DNA of 64,000 bases from Lepidodermella squamata (taxonomy: Eukaryota; Animalia; Gastrotricha), in contig JBLDXI010000020.1 in the NCBI GenBank assembly GCA_047495785.1, forward strand, positions 1,488,001 to 1,552,000, read 5' to 3'. Positions within the stretch are counted from its first letter, which is position 1, and every line of letters starts with the position of its first letter. The translations under genes were made by a program, and so were the position numbers. The notes beneath the pieces are model-generated. The model was given only the letters and a program-made list of their open reading frames with translations, did not search any database and had not been told where the DNA came from. This document shows positions 28,901 through 40,885 of this stretch, piece by piece.

Positions 28901-29609
28901 CACAATACCCACAGTCATTTCCTGAAACATCCAAGTTATTGAGTTATTCAAGAAATTCATGGTAAACGGAACAAACCCATATTAGAGGCCTGGTACGTCT
29001 CCAAGCACTTCTCAGAACAGAACATCAAAGACTGCCAGCAGAGCTTTGTTGTGAATTCTGTTTTCTGACAATGTGCACATTTTTCATTTGAAGAAGCAAC
29101 AGGAATTTCAGTGGAGGTTTGCTCGGCCTTCAGAAACTGTACGGGGTTTTGCCGAAATTCAGAAAAACACTCATCAGAGCAAAGGTATGAAGTTTTTCCG
29201 CTCTTTCGCTCGACATTGTATTTTGACTTTGCAACCGTTTTACAAACAACGCATGGGTTCACTTTCGATTTTTCATCCTGGGCACCATCGATTTCGGGAG
29301 CGTGCTTAGGCGTCCCATCATTAGCTACGAAGTCTGCACATCAAATAAACAACAGGTTGACGCAACAAGTAATCAATTATTTGCCTACCCTTCCCAGAAG
29401 AATCGTGTTCATGGTGATGAGGTGGAATTTGGGATCCTGAAGGGTCGACCTGGATTCAGTAAAATAGAATGATCTAATATATTTGCGTTCGGAAGCATTC
29501 TTACGTAAGAATCGTATGGTATTCCATCACCGGCTTCTGGTCGATGTTCAAAATCTTCATCTGCCTCAGTAGACAACAAATACGTCGGTGGCACTGGGTC
29601 AACTTCCAT
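25963..29609 (-). CDS. ZMYM4: ZMYM2/3/4 (woc-like) MYM-type zinc finger protein with DUF3504 domain
   Basis: Repeated CxxC...FCS(xx)C fingers, proline-rich VPIPVPIYVPTP, and C-terminal YDPDSIYYLCLGIQ...LWESKQLGAHSP..LLNTL...RCPLKIYEFYLTKCP. The paralog number cannot be resolved. Confidence 0.9.
26975..27072 (-). repeat. CAA/CAG polyglutamine tract in ZMYM
   Basis: Encodes QQMQQQQQQIVQLPRQQQQQIVQQQQQQQQQQQQIVQL. Confidence 0.9.
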
Positions 29610-29713
29610 TTAGAAAATCATAGATCTACTAAACACAAATTCACATGATCAGCCGTTCGCATGATGTACCTGCCCCCTACTGTTGACTTTCACTATTAGG
29701 GGAAGATGCAAGG

Positions 29714-29964
29714 CAGTGGCGGCGATACGGCTATGCCGAGGGCGCATGCATACCCTAGCATTCAGAATTTAGGCGCAAAAATGGACATCAGTGGCGCCCT
29801 AAACATAAATTATACCACGATTTCATGCGACGGCACCCTGCGCTCTGATCCTGGCATAGCCTGCATATTCAGCTGTCAACCTGAGTCGTCTAAATAGCAT
29901 TGCCGAGGAGGCAGTTCATGCAACCTCCGCAATAATTTTCCTATGGCATATCGCCGCCATACTG
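29714..29964. mobile_element. Possible hAT-like MITE
   Basis: Imperfect terminal inverted repeats CAGTGGCGGCGATA ... TATCGCCGCCAtaCTG. No clear 8-bp TSD. Confidence 0.4.
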
Positions 29965-30646
29965 AAGCTGGATCGCTGGAAAAACGTTAAGAGGAACAGA
30001 AGTCTGAAAATTGATGAGAATTCATAGAACTTTGCGAAATAAGTCAGTTCTTGGTAGAATATTTTTCACGTAGGCTTTTGGTTATTTCAAATCTAAAAGA
30101 TAACGGGTTGCTGCTTGAGAAAAGAGTAACTAAATCGACGGAACATGTCACTTCCCACGTCAAGTTCAGCCAAGCCGAAAGCCGAGATGAGCCAAAGTCG
30201 GAGAAAAATAAAAAATTCAAAAAAGCATAATCGATAATATTTGACGTTAAATAAATTAAAATTTCAATAACTTGAAGTTTTCTTATAGAAAAAAGAATTT
30301 TAATTGAAACTCAAACTTTTAATTTTTTAGCCGCAGTCGAATCCGACCTCATCAGAAGTTGCTTGTTTTGGCTGTGAGATGTGATGGAAATGGAACGGGC
30401 TACGGGATGGTGACTCACCATGTGTGGTTTAAAGTTGACCTTTGGCAGAGATGAATGTTTCTTCGAGTATCTTCGTGTCTTTCATGTCAAACGATTAGCA
30501 ATAGCTCCAGCGTAAAACTTTCTTATTGAGCGAATTTCTAACCTACTAACTACATTCCTCGATGATGTCGATTTGTTGCATGGGGTCACTTTGTTATACT
30601 TAGTTCCACCTTATCGATTGCATATTGCATTAGAAATTGAAAGTTG

Positions 30647-33153
30647 ATGAATCGAATTGCAAATGTCACTCGAGCCAAGTCGTTTCGTGCATGGGCCTTG
30701 CATGGTAGGCTGACAGCTTGTACCGTAAGTAGCAGTAGGCTCTTGCAATCGGCACGGCGTACGCTCTCGTCGTCCTCGAATCGCGACCGACTCAGCTCCT
30801 TGATTCGTCCTATCGAAATCAAGCCAGTGAAAAATCCCGATGAGATAAATGTCGGTGAGGAGCTCTCTGGTTCATTGGCAAAGGAAGACGTTTTGCGAAT
30901 CTTGAATCAATTTCTTCGACGCTCCGAAGTTAAAGAGCTTGCTACTGACGCAGGTCTAGACAGTCGCTTATTTCATCAAGCCTACATCAGCTTTCGAAGG
31001 TTCTGCTTAGAGTCTGACAAGCTTCCTGTTGACTTGCACGTTGTTTTCTCCGATGTCATTCAAGGTGGTGGTCATGTAGATGATATCTTTCCGTTTTTTC
31101 TTCGTCACGCCAAGCAAATATTTCCTCACTTGGACTGCATGGATGATCTGAGGAAAATCAGTGACTTGCGATCGCCTGCTAATTGGTACCCTGAAGCGCG
31201 GGCTCTTCAGCGTAGAATTGTCTTTCACTCTGGTCCTACCAATAGCGGAAAGACATATCATGCATTGGATAGATTCTGGAAGGCTAAATCTGGGATATAC
31301 TGTGGCCCTCTCCGATTGCTCGCTACTGAAATCTATCATAAGACCAAGGACAAGGCCGTACCTTGTGATTTGATCACCGGCGAGGAACGTCTGTTTGCTG
31401 TTTCGTCAAAAGAACCTGCAAATCATTCAGCATGTACCGTTGAAATGTGTTCGGTGACTACCCCTTGCGAAGTTGCTATCTTGGATGAAATTCAAATGAT
31501 CCGAGATCCTCAGCGTGGATGGGCTTGGACTAGAGCTTTGTTAGGCTTATGTGCGGAAGAGCTCCATTTGTGCGGCGAGGATGCCGCCGTGGATCTTGTG
31601 AAAGAATTTGCATCCATGACAGGGGATATTTTCGAGCTTCGAACATATAAGCGCCTGACACCTCTTGTATTTCTCGATCGAGCTCTGGAAACTTTCGACA
31701 ACATCAAAGTCGGTGATTGTGTTGTCTGTTTCTCGAAAAATGATATTTACTATGCCAGTCGAGAGCTTGAAAAACGTGGCAAGGAGGTATCGGTGATTTA
31801 TGGTGCTCTACCTCCTGGTACTAAGCTGGCTGAGGCAAGACGCTTCAATGATCCTAACGACAGCTGCAAAGTTATGATAGCGACTGATGCGGTCGGAATG
31901 GGCATCAATCTCTGTATCAATCGCATAATATTTTTCTCATTGATGAAACCGACGCTCAACACAAAAGGCGAGAAGGAAATGGACCTAATTTCAACTTCCC
32001 AAGCTCTTCAAATAGCTGGCCGAGCTGGGCGCTTTGGCACACCTTTTGATTGTGGATATGTCACTACTTTGAGAAAAGTAAGCTTATTGGGTTAGCTAAT
32101 TATTGCTTATCATTCTAACAATTTTTGTAGGAGGATTTACCTCTACTTCACGAAATCGTCAACAGACCTGTCGAACCTATTTCTCAAGCTGGGTTACATC
32201 CGACTGCAGAGCAAATAGAACTATTTGCCTATCACTTGCCGAAAGCATCACTTGCAAATCTGATTGATATATTTGTGACACTCTCACAGCTTGACTCAGA
32301 CCGATATTTCATGTGTAACGTCGATGATTTCAAGTTTCTCGCCGATATGATCGAACATGTGCCACTACCTCTCCGAGTTCGCTACGTTTTCTGCTGCGCC
32401 CCAATATCCAAAAAACACCCTTTCGTCTGCACCATGTTTTTGAAATTCGCGAGACAGTTCAGCCGAGGCTTGCCATTGACGCTCGATTGGTTGTGCCATC
32501 AAATTGGCTGGCCTTTGGAGCAACCAAAAACCGTTGTTGATTTGGTACATTTAGAGGGCGTGTTCGACGTGCTCGATTTGTATCTTTGGTTGTCGTATCG
32601 CTTTCCAGACATGTTCCCGGACATCGAGCATGTCCGAGACATGCAAAAAGAGCTCGATGAAGTTATTCAATCGGGTGTTCGAAGTATTGTCAAACTGCTG
32701 AGAGCAACTGAAACCCAAACCAGCTCAGGGTTGCCAACCTTGGCCGCGAATGACGACGAGGAGGATATAACAAAGCAAACAAGACAACATAAGGCCGCAG
32801 CGGCGAGGAGACTTTTCCGAGAGGAATCGCCGAATGACATACCGCCATCTCCCGCTTCTGAAACTGCTAGCATAATAGAGGCAAATGCGCCTCGAATGTT
32901 GAGCGTGAAAGAAGAATTTTTGAGAAGCAAGCAGCTACAGGCCGGAGAAAAGTTTTCTGCCCCGAATCCTCCTGCACCGGAGAAACCAGTCAAGGTTCAA
33001 GTAGGCGCCGGCCGATTGACAAACCAATTGATCAAAAAAGGTGTATTATCCGAAGAGCTGTTGAAAAAACTTCAAGACGAATGGCTAGAGTCTGTGAAAT
33101 CTGGTAAAACCGGCAGATCGAGCGGCGGCAGCAAAAGTAAACGCACGAAATAG
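30647..33153 (+). CDS. SUPV3L1: Mitochondrial ATP-dependent RNA helicase SUV3
   Basis: [55 protein letters not shown] and QIAGRAGR. Intron 32078-32130. Confidence 0.96.
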
Positions 33154-33332
33154 CCTTTCTGTGCACCTACATAGTCCTTTCGTGGAGAATCTAAAGGCTT
33201 TCGATTTTTTATTTTTAGCCCATTTTTAGAGATTTCAAATCTATATAAACGAAAGAGTCATTTGTTGAAAAAGATGGTTATTTGCTGTTAAACTGATGCT
33301 TTTCCTCATCTGTTTAGATTGTTATTGAAGAA

Positions 33333-34790
33333 ATGAATTTTGAAATAATTGCTCTGGAGGGATGTGCCGTTCGGAAGCGTATTCAGTGGAATTATCGAAA
33401 TGGCATTACCTGGCCTGATGTTCGTGCAAAATTGGCCTTCATGGTTCAACCGTTCAAAATCCAATCAGTCAAATACCGCGACTGTGATGGTGACATGATT
33501 ACGATTTTGTCGGATGAAGATTTCTGTGAGGCTGTAAAATATGCAACAGCTAACCGTTCTCAGTTGAACATTTTTCTGGATGTCGAGAAATCGACTGAGC
33601 CGATAGTTGAGCCGGAACCACAGCTGATCCCTCTATCACCGTCTACATCGGAAATGTCAGTTGGAACGTCCTTTTCCAACATGTCTGACGCTATTGATGT
33701 CTCCAGCTTGAAAAAGGAAATTGTCGATAGCGTTCTGGCCGAACTCCGGAAAGATGCCCCCAAAAAGCTGCAGAAAAAGGCAAAGCAAAGCCCAATGAAA
33801 ACGAGCTGTTGCGCTTGCAACAAGACTATTACCGCAGATCATCCCTACTTCAAATGTGGCAATTGCAAAAGTTTTTTCCTCTGCGACGAGTGCGAGCAGA
33901 AAAACGAATTTCACACTGAAAATGGTCACATTTTCTTGAAATTGCGCGGCCCCATTAAGGCGGAGTTTTCGAAAAAAGTACTTCTGAAGAATTTGGTTTT
34001 GCAATCGCGTAAAGTTTCACCGTCAAAGTCTGCGTCATCAAACGCTTCTGAGTCGGCTGATCTGATCGGATTCGAAGATGTCGCTATGTCGCGCTCGAGC
34101 AGCATTGGCGTCAACACCAACATCGAAATGGTCTCTACGTCGACTTTGACTGCGAATGACGATGAAGTTGTTCAGCGCGAACGTTCGCATTCGGAAAGCA
34201 CCTACGCTTCAGTCTCCGAGAACGATCACGAAGCTTCGGCCGTCTCTCACATTGGAAGCGTCGATGAAGACGATTTTCTGGTAGTTCCACTCCCGCCTTG
34301 CTTCGACTTGCAGCGCCCTATGGTCGCCGTGCCTTCAGTTGCCGAGCCTTACGAAGTCGTCGCTGAGAAACGTGACAGCGTTAATCAATGCGAATCGCCC
34401 GCTTGTGACACGAAGTCCACTCAAGCCACCGAGCCTAAGAAACAGTCACTTGAAGCCGCGGTTCAAAACGATCTCGATCGCCTGGTTGAATCTATGGCCG
34501 TTTCATTCCCAGTTCTCGATCAGCCTCGCCCGAGTGCAGAGGTCCCGTCGCCTGGACCTAGCCCTTACGTTTCAACCCCGTCATCTCTGGTCGTTCAGGC
34601 CGCTTCCGTCTGGGACTCTACCCCCGCCAGTATCAGCCTGGCGCCTCGCTCGCCCATGGAACAGCTAATCGAAATGGGATTTGGCGATCGGCGCTTGAAC
34701 CAGCGACTTCTCGATCACTACAACGGCAATGTCGAACTGGTTGTCAATCACCTGGTCAACACAACCCCTGAAGGATTCGATTATTGCTAA
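33333..34790 (+). CDS. Selective autophagy receptor, NBR1/p62 family (PB1-ZZ-LIR-UBA), intronless
   Basis: PB1 acidic motif KYRDCDGDMITILSDEDF, ZZ finger (CCAC...KCGNC...LCDEC...H..GH), LIR DDFLVVPLPPCFD, and UBA QLIEMGFGDRRLNQRLL...VV..L. Confidence 0.88.
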   Translation: MNFEIIALEGCAVRKRIQWNYRNGITWPDVRAKLAFMVQPFKIQSVKYRDCDGDMITILSDEDFCEAVKYATANRSQLNIFLDVEKSTEPIVEPEPQLIPLSPSTSEMSVGTSFSNMSDAIDVSSLKKEIVDSVLAELRKDAPKKLQKKAKQSPMKTSCCACNKTITADHPYFKCGNCKSFFLCDECEQKNEFHTENGHIFLKLRGPIKAEFSKKVLLKNLVLQSRKVSPSKSASSNASESADLIGFEDVAMSRSSSIGVNTNIEMVSTSTLTANDDEVVQRERSHSESTYASVSENDHEASAVSHIGSVDEDDFLVVPLPPCFDLQRPMVAVPSVAEPYEVVAEKRDSVNQCESPACDTKSTQATEPKKQSLEAAVQNDLDRLVESMAVSFPVLDQPRPSAEVPSPGPSPYVSTPSSLVVQAASVWDSTPASISLAPRSPMEQLIEMGFGDRRLNQRLLDHYNGNVELVVNHLVNTTPEGFDYC

Positions 34791-35196
34791 GCGACAGCTA
34801 ACTTTTCCCTTTGACTTGAATAATCAATGTTTCATATTTTCAAGATGATTTTTTTCTCGCGCTCTATCCAAGGTTCTTTTATTTTTCTATAGATTAGGAG
34901 CATGAAACATCAGCTAGGTCATTCATTTGACTTATCATCGGCGAATTTCTATTCGGTGTTTGTTAAGCTTTTGTACGAAACCAGGACGGCTTTTTTCGAG
35001 TCCTTATACATACGCTACACATAACCTAAGATGATCGATAATTACGGATATTGGCTAATAATTTTGTGAAATATTCCTGGTGGTGCGAGTATCACATGTT
35101 TTATTGCCGTGATGTTTTGTTAAGTTGCTAGTAAATTGATTAAATAATGTTCGTATTTTTCGAATTTTAGATATTTATTTCTATAATTGAGACAAA

Positions 35197-35541
35197 ATGT
35201 CTATGATCGAAATCACTTGTAATGATCGGTTGGGCAAGAAGGTTCGCATCAAGTGCAAGTAAGTTGAAATTTTCAAATCGATCCAATTCTTCACACTAAT
35301 TATTTTCATTTAAATTTGCAGCAGTGACGATACGATTGGCGACTTGAAAAAACTGATTGCAGCTCAAACTGGAACACGATACGAAAAGATCGTGCTGAAG
35401 AAATGGTATACCATCTACAAAGACCACATAACACTGGAAGATTGTACGCAAGTTTTGCCCGAAATCTTGTTCTGATTTTAAAACCTTTTCTTCACAGATG
35501 AAGTCCACGACGGCTTCAATTTCGAGTTATACTACCAGTGA
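35197..35541 (+). CDS. UBL5: Ubiquitin-like protein 5 / Hub1 (missed by the ORF track)
   Basis: Exons 35197-35258, 35322-35443 and 35498-35541 give (MS)[73 protein letters not shown]. Confidence 0.97.
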
Positions 35542-35739
35542 TTTTCATCCCTCGAATGCCCTGAGTTTCTGACGTTGCTTTGACTTGCGGCAATTGTTTT
35601 TCATTTACCACGTTATCTGCGTCTTAATCGTGGCTTTTATTAAAAATGACTGAAAAAATAAAACTATTCGTTTGTTTATAGAATGAATTCATGTGTGATT
35701 TGTTAGTATTTTGATGTTTTCTGCTGTTTGATCAAAGCG

Positions 35740-38581
35740 ATGGCTGAACCGAGAAATGCTGTCGACACGATGGAGTACAGCAACGACCAACTGGTCGAAG
35801 TTTCAGACGACGATGATGACGACGACGTCGGAATTCAGAGCGAATCTGTGTCCCGGGCTCAAATTAACACGACCATGGACGTCAGCAATAGCTTACCGGT
35901 TGCAGAGCGGTCAACAAATGATTCAAGCAGACCTCAATCTGCACGGCTTCAAATGTCGTTGGATGACGTTTTCGCCTTCCTACGAGCTAACAATATGTTG
36001 AGTGCCGAAGCAGCTCTGCGTCAGGAGGCTCAAAACTTGCGGACCGAAAACGGTGAAAAATCTAACGATGGATTCGGCGATCTGGGCGCTGATGTTAAAA
36101 CCGAAAATCAGATGTCGCTAGCCGACGTTGCCTCATCGTCATCCCTACCCGAGCTGTATAGACGATTAGTTCTCTTCGTTGATAAAACCGATTCAATTTA
36201 CACTGCCGAACTTTCGGCGGTTCTACCCGCGGCTTTCATGCACGTTTACATTCAGATTGTTAAGCAAATGCGAAAACAGGCGGTGGAAAAGGTTTATGAT
36301 ACGTATTCACCCCTCGTCCCGCAGTCTCTGCTATCGACAGCTGTTGCCGTGAAACGAGATCTCGCGATCCTTCGTCGGATAAGAAAGTTCGAAGATGTCA
36401 AGCTTCACCCAATATTTTCGAGCCTAGTTTCCAGCAAATACATTGTTGGCCTTAGTAGGTCGAGTTACGACGCTATGAAATCGTTGCTACTCGGACCTGG
36501 CATGGTCGATTTGCTGCGTTTACTAGCTGAGAATCTGTATTTCGACAATGAAGATCGAAAGCCGCGAACGGCGGAAGAGGTCCTGCAAAATTACGGCGCT
36601 CTTCTCGGCGAAGCTCGGTCGTCTTTGAATAAAACCAAGATGTTCATCGGTTTGCCGAAGGAACTAACCGCCGATTCGGTCGAAGAAGAAGCGGCTACTA
36701 CAGCGGCAGCCGCTGCGGCTGCAACAACAGCTGAGCCGGAGAAGCCAGAAAAAGGTGGTAAAGATGGCGAAAAGGCAGAAGGGTCGTCGAAGCGGAGTAA
36801 AAAGCGGAAAATCGCCGCGGCTGCCGCTGCGAACGCGAAAAAGGCTGACCCCCTTGGTGTGAGGAAGCTCAAGTTAGACCAAAATGCGCCTGAATACAAA
36901 CGCATTCCGTTGGCTCCGATATCGATCAGCGATAAATTGGAGCGAATTGCTGCTCAAAAGGAGTATAAGAAAGCGGTGAGAATCTCCGCTAACGCCCTGC
37001 CATCAATATGCTTCTATACCATTCTGAACAGTGACCTGACGTAAGTTTGAGCAAATTTTTCATGGAAATGTTCTTCAATGACGATAAATAGGGTCAGCTC
37101 AATTTCAATAAGCAACGATTCATCGTTTCTTGCGTGTGGTTTCACAACTGGTTGTATCAAAGTGTGGACATTGCAGAATCAGCGCCCTCTAAAACTCGTA
37201 AAACACCACCGCGAACTCGCGAAATTACCGACGGAACAAATCGACATGGAAATGTCCGATATGGAATCCGGCTCCGGTGGCACCACTGGCGATTTGATGC
37301 TAGCAGACGAGCTGATGGACCCTCATAGTGCGAGCGAGTCGAAACAGCTAACCGGGCACCATGGCGCCGTTCTTAGTCTCGATTTCAGTCCCAGCCGTCA
37401 TTGGCTGTTGACGGGAGGCCAAGATGGAGAAGTTCGGCTGTGGTCCCTACTACTCTGGCAATGCGTCACAGTTTTTCGAGGTCACACCATGCCTGTCACA
37501 TCGGTTTGCTTTTCGCCCCCGCCAGCTTTATACTTCGCATCAGGCGGATTCGATCGCACTGTTCGAATCTGGTCGACTGAATGGCCCCAAGCTGTTCGAA
37601 TTTGCACAGGTATGCTACAATGTGTCTGATATGTAACGCAAGCTAAGAAAATAGTGGGAAAATTGATTAAAAAAGTCCATGAGGTTTCCAATATCCTGAG
37701 AAATCGATTTAATCAGTTGAAATACCGAAAATTACCAAACCATCGGATTTATTCTGGTTATGTTCAGTGAAATCGTGAATGGGGATGCTCTCAGTAACTT
37801 AGATTCGGGGCAAAAACCGGAATTTTCATCTAAAAGTGAAAGTTCCCTAAATAGTTACCCACTGCATTTCAACCAGTTTCGAGTAATTAATTCCAAATTT
37901 TCTATGAAATAGGACATCAGGAAGACGTCACCTGTGTTGCCTTCCATCCTAATTGCAATTACGTGGCTTCTGGATCGTGCGATAGAACTGTTCGAATTTG
38001 GGATCTGTTGGACGGATCTTGCTGTCGAATGTTCACATCCCATAAGGTTGGTCCCTCATCTAACTTGAAAATTTTCGTTAAAAAAATGGAAAATTCAGGA
38101 TGTCGTGCAATGTGTCCAATTCTCACCGTGTGGCCAACTGCTGGCTAGCGGGGACCAATCAGGTGTCGTTTGTCTCTTTAAGCTATTAGCTACCTCAGCA
38201 GCTCTGTGTGCCACTCTTTCGATCGCCCCGCCAACCCCGACAGCTACCGTTCTAAACGCAGATGCCTCAATTTACAGTCTGGCATTCAGCCGAGATTCAA
38301 ATGCGTTAGCCGTCGGATCGGGCGGATGCTTCGTCGCTGTTTACATGATAGAACGCTTCCCTACTCAGCAGCAACAATCAGGTTCGACGGAGCCTGGTAA
38401 ACAACAGCAACAGCAGCAGCAACAAAGCGCTGCTTTAGCTGCCTCCCTCTCGTCAACAATCGCGTGTGCTCCAATCCGATTGGAGCCACTAACAACCGCT
38501 CGGACTAAATTAACCCCGGTTCATCTCGTTCATTTTACTCGACGTAATTTGCTACTAGCTGCTGGACCAATCGATCGCTGA
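35740..38581 (+). CDS. TAF5: TFIID subunit 5 (LisH, NTD2, WD40 repeats)
   Basis: LisH VFAFLRANNMLSAEAALRQE, RIPLAP, LPSICFYT, WD40 repeats (YFASGGFDRTVRIW; VAFHPNCNYVASGSCDRTVRIWD) and C-terminal TPVHLVHFTRRNLLLAAG. Exons 35740-37040, 37092-37609, 37913-38046 and 38099-38581. Confidence 0.92.
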
Positions 38582-38753
38582 GAGAGTGATGTCGAATTGC
38601 TCTGGTGTTGTGACACTTTTCACTTTGAATTTGCGTATTATACTAAAAATTTACCAGCGAAATCTCTTATTGATGCTGTCGTGATTCGATAAACAAGAAC
38701 GGCTCATTTTACGTGAATTTATTTTATTAGGTGATATATTTTATTGTTTGAAA

Positions 38754-39450
38754 ATGAGCGAAAGCGAAACGCCAGTTGAAGAAGTTGCGCAGAAGGAAAA
38801 TGTTGAGGCCCCAGCTGCCCCTGTCGACGACAGGTTTTTACCGCCATGCCCCGGCCCTGACCCGAACGTAACCTACCCGATCAACGTAGTTTACTGTGGT
38901 AGGTTATCAGAATAAAATGCATAAATTTCAATGACTTTCTTGTTTTGTTTTTTAAGGTGAATGCTCAATGCCTGTGGAGGTTTGCAATTACTCGCCTGAC
39001 CCTGCTAAATGCCGTGCTTGGCTCGAGAAGGAGTTGCCGACCTTGGCTGCTGAGATGAAACTGGCCGAAGACGCTGCTGGTGGTGCGAAATCGGGTGCTC
39101 AAAAGCGAGGTGGTAAGGGCGTAGCCCGCCCACCTGGATCGGGCGAGGACGGCAAGCCTGCTCCTACCCTCGAAGTCGCTCACTGCCCGCGAGGCAAGAA
39201 ATTCGACACCGTAGTCATAGGTTTTCCGTCTTTCGGTATTGCTGTAAAGGACGTATCGCGTCAATTTGCGTCGAAGTTCTCGTGCGGTGTCTCCGTTCAA
39301 CCGGTTCCTTTGTCTCTGGGCAGACACGCCGGTCAGGACATGTTGCTGATTCAAGCCGATGTCCTCGGAAAAATCAAGGCATTTATCTCCGAAACTTGGC
39401 CCAATATCCCGAAAACCGCGATTCAAGACATCGGTGTCGTCAAGCGATGA
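38754..39450 (+). CDS. DENR: Density-regulated protein (translation re-initiation factor, SUI1 domain)
   Basis: YPINVVYCG|ECSMPVEVC...KCRAWLEK, QKRGGKG, PRGKK and FASKFSCG. Intron 38899-38956. Confidence 0.93.
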
Positions 39451-40041
39451 ATCTTTCGTCTTCGAGACCTGCTTGTCACGGAAATTATAGCTTTCAAATT
39501 ATACATCTTTGATGATAAAATAATGCGTTGTCATTCGAGGAGAAAATAAAATCTTTGGTAGCCGTCTCATTGAAAATGTTTTTTTTCATCGAAAAGCGTT
39601 TTGGTTTTATTGGCGAAGATAGTTGAATTGACAACGCGCTGAATTTAAGCAGGTAACTAAATTTTCATGTTTGATCGCAACGGTCAAAGCCAGACGAGTC
39701 TCGAGTAGAAATAAGGTTCGAACGGGAAAATGTTAGTTAACACATGAAACATAAAACATGAAACGGACCAGTCTGTAAAGAATGGATCATGATATTGAGA
39801 TGATATTGATATTGAGCAAATTATTATCAGTAATGTTGTTCATATTCGGCCGCTCATGGTCTCTCTCTTCGGGAATAAATGTAAAAATTTTCTCACACAT
39901 ATCCGATTCTAATTACGTTTTTCGGTGACAAATTCAACAGATGAATGAACATTTTTTGCTCATAACAAAATCTACATGGCAAACTGAGTGAAATCATACT
40001 TCCCCTGGTTGGAAAAAGCATTTCCAGGTGACATGGATTCA

Positions 40042-40425
40042 GGGGAACCTTTCAGAAAGGTCATAAAGATTAAGATTCAATTAATGTAAGGCTGACATGA
40101 AACTAAAATCGTCATCGTTTTTCACACAGGATTTATTCAACTAATGTTACCATTACAACTGAATCTTTAACTCTTTCATAAGGAAGATATCTGACTGCAT
40201 GTTCAAAGCTCGGAAAATTTTTCTAATCTAGAAAAATCTAGGGCGATTGAGATTTTCAGTGAAATCAGAACTATGCGCCAATGTGCCTAGTTTGGCACAA
40301 GATTGTCGATTTTCCGACTAGTTTCTTCATTTGCCTGAAAGATCAAAAATCCGATTTTTTGCTCGATTGAAAAAAGATTCGGCCTTGAAAACGTTGAGCT
40401 TCCCGACCTTTCTGAAAGGTTCCCC
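40042..40425. mobile_element. MITE-like element with perfect 21-bp terminal inverted repeats
   Basis: GGGGAACCTTTCAGAAAGGTC (40042-40062) and GACCTTTCTGAAAGGTTCCCC (40405-40425), with a non-coding interior. Confidence 0.7.
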
Positions 40426-40885
40426 ATACTTCTTCATCCCAGTTGCGAGCTTTTTAGCGACGCTAAAACGATAGTTCAAAGAGCGGCAAATCACGAAGCA
40501 GAAATGCCTACTGTAGTGCCTTAGGCATCTAAGCGCACTTTTCTTGCTTGCAGATCGAAGCTAGATCGATACGCGCGTTTAATTCTCCGTAGAGCAGAAG
40601 CTCTAAACAGTAGCCTGTCTAGTTTCTGTCTAGGAAGACGAAAATGTACTCAATTTTGCCCCATCAGTTCTGCCAACTACACATGTTTGAACTCAGCTAT
40701 GATCACATGATGCCAGCTGAAATAGCGCTTCGCTTTATCACGCGGAACAGGTGTTCAAGGTTTCCAGCTTAAGCGAGGGATAATATATTCCCCTAATATA
40801 TATCAGACGACGCATTGTCAAGGATCGCGACTTATATTCAAATTTTAATCGCAAGCAATTGATAATTTTCGTTTTCTTCTTGACA

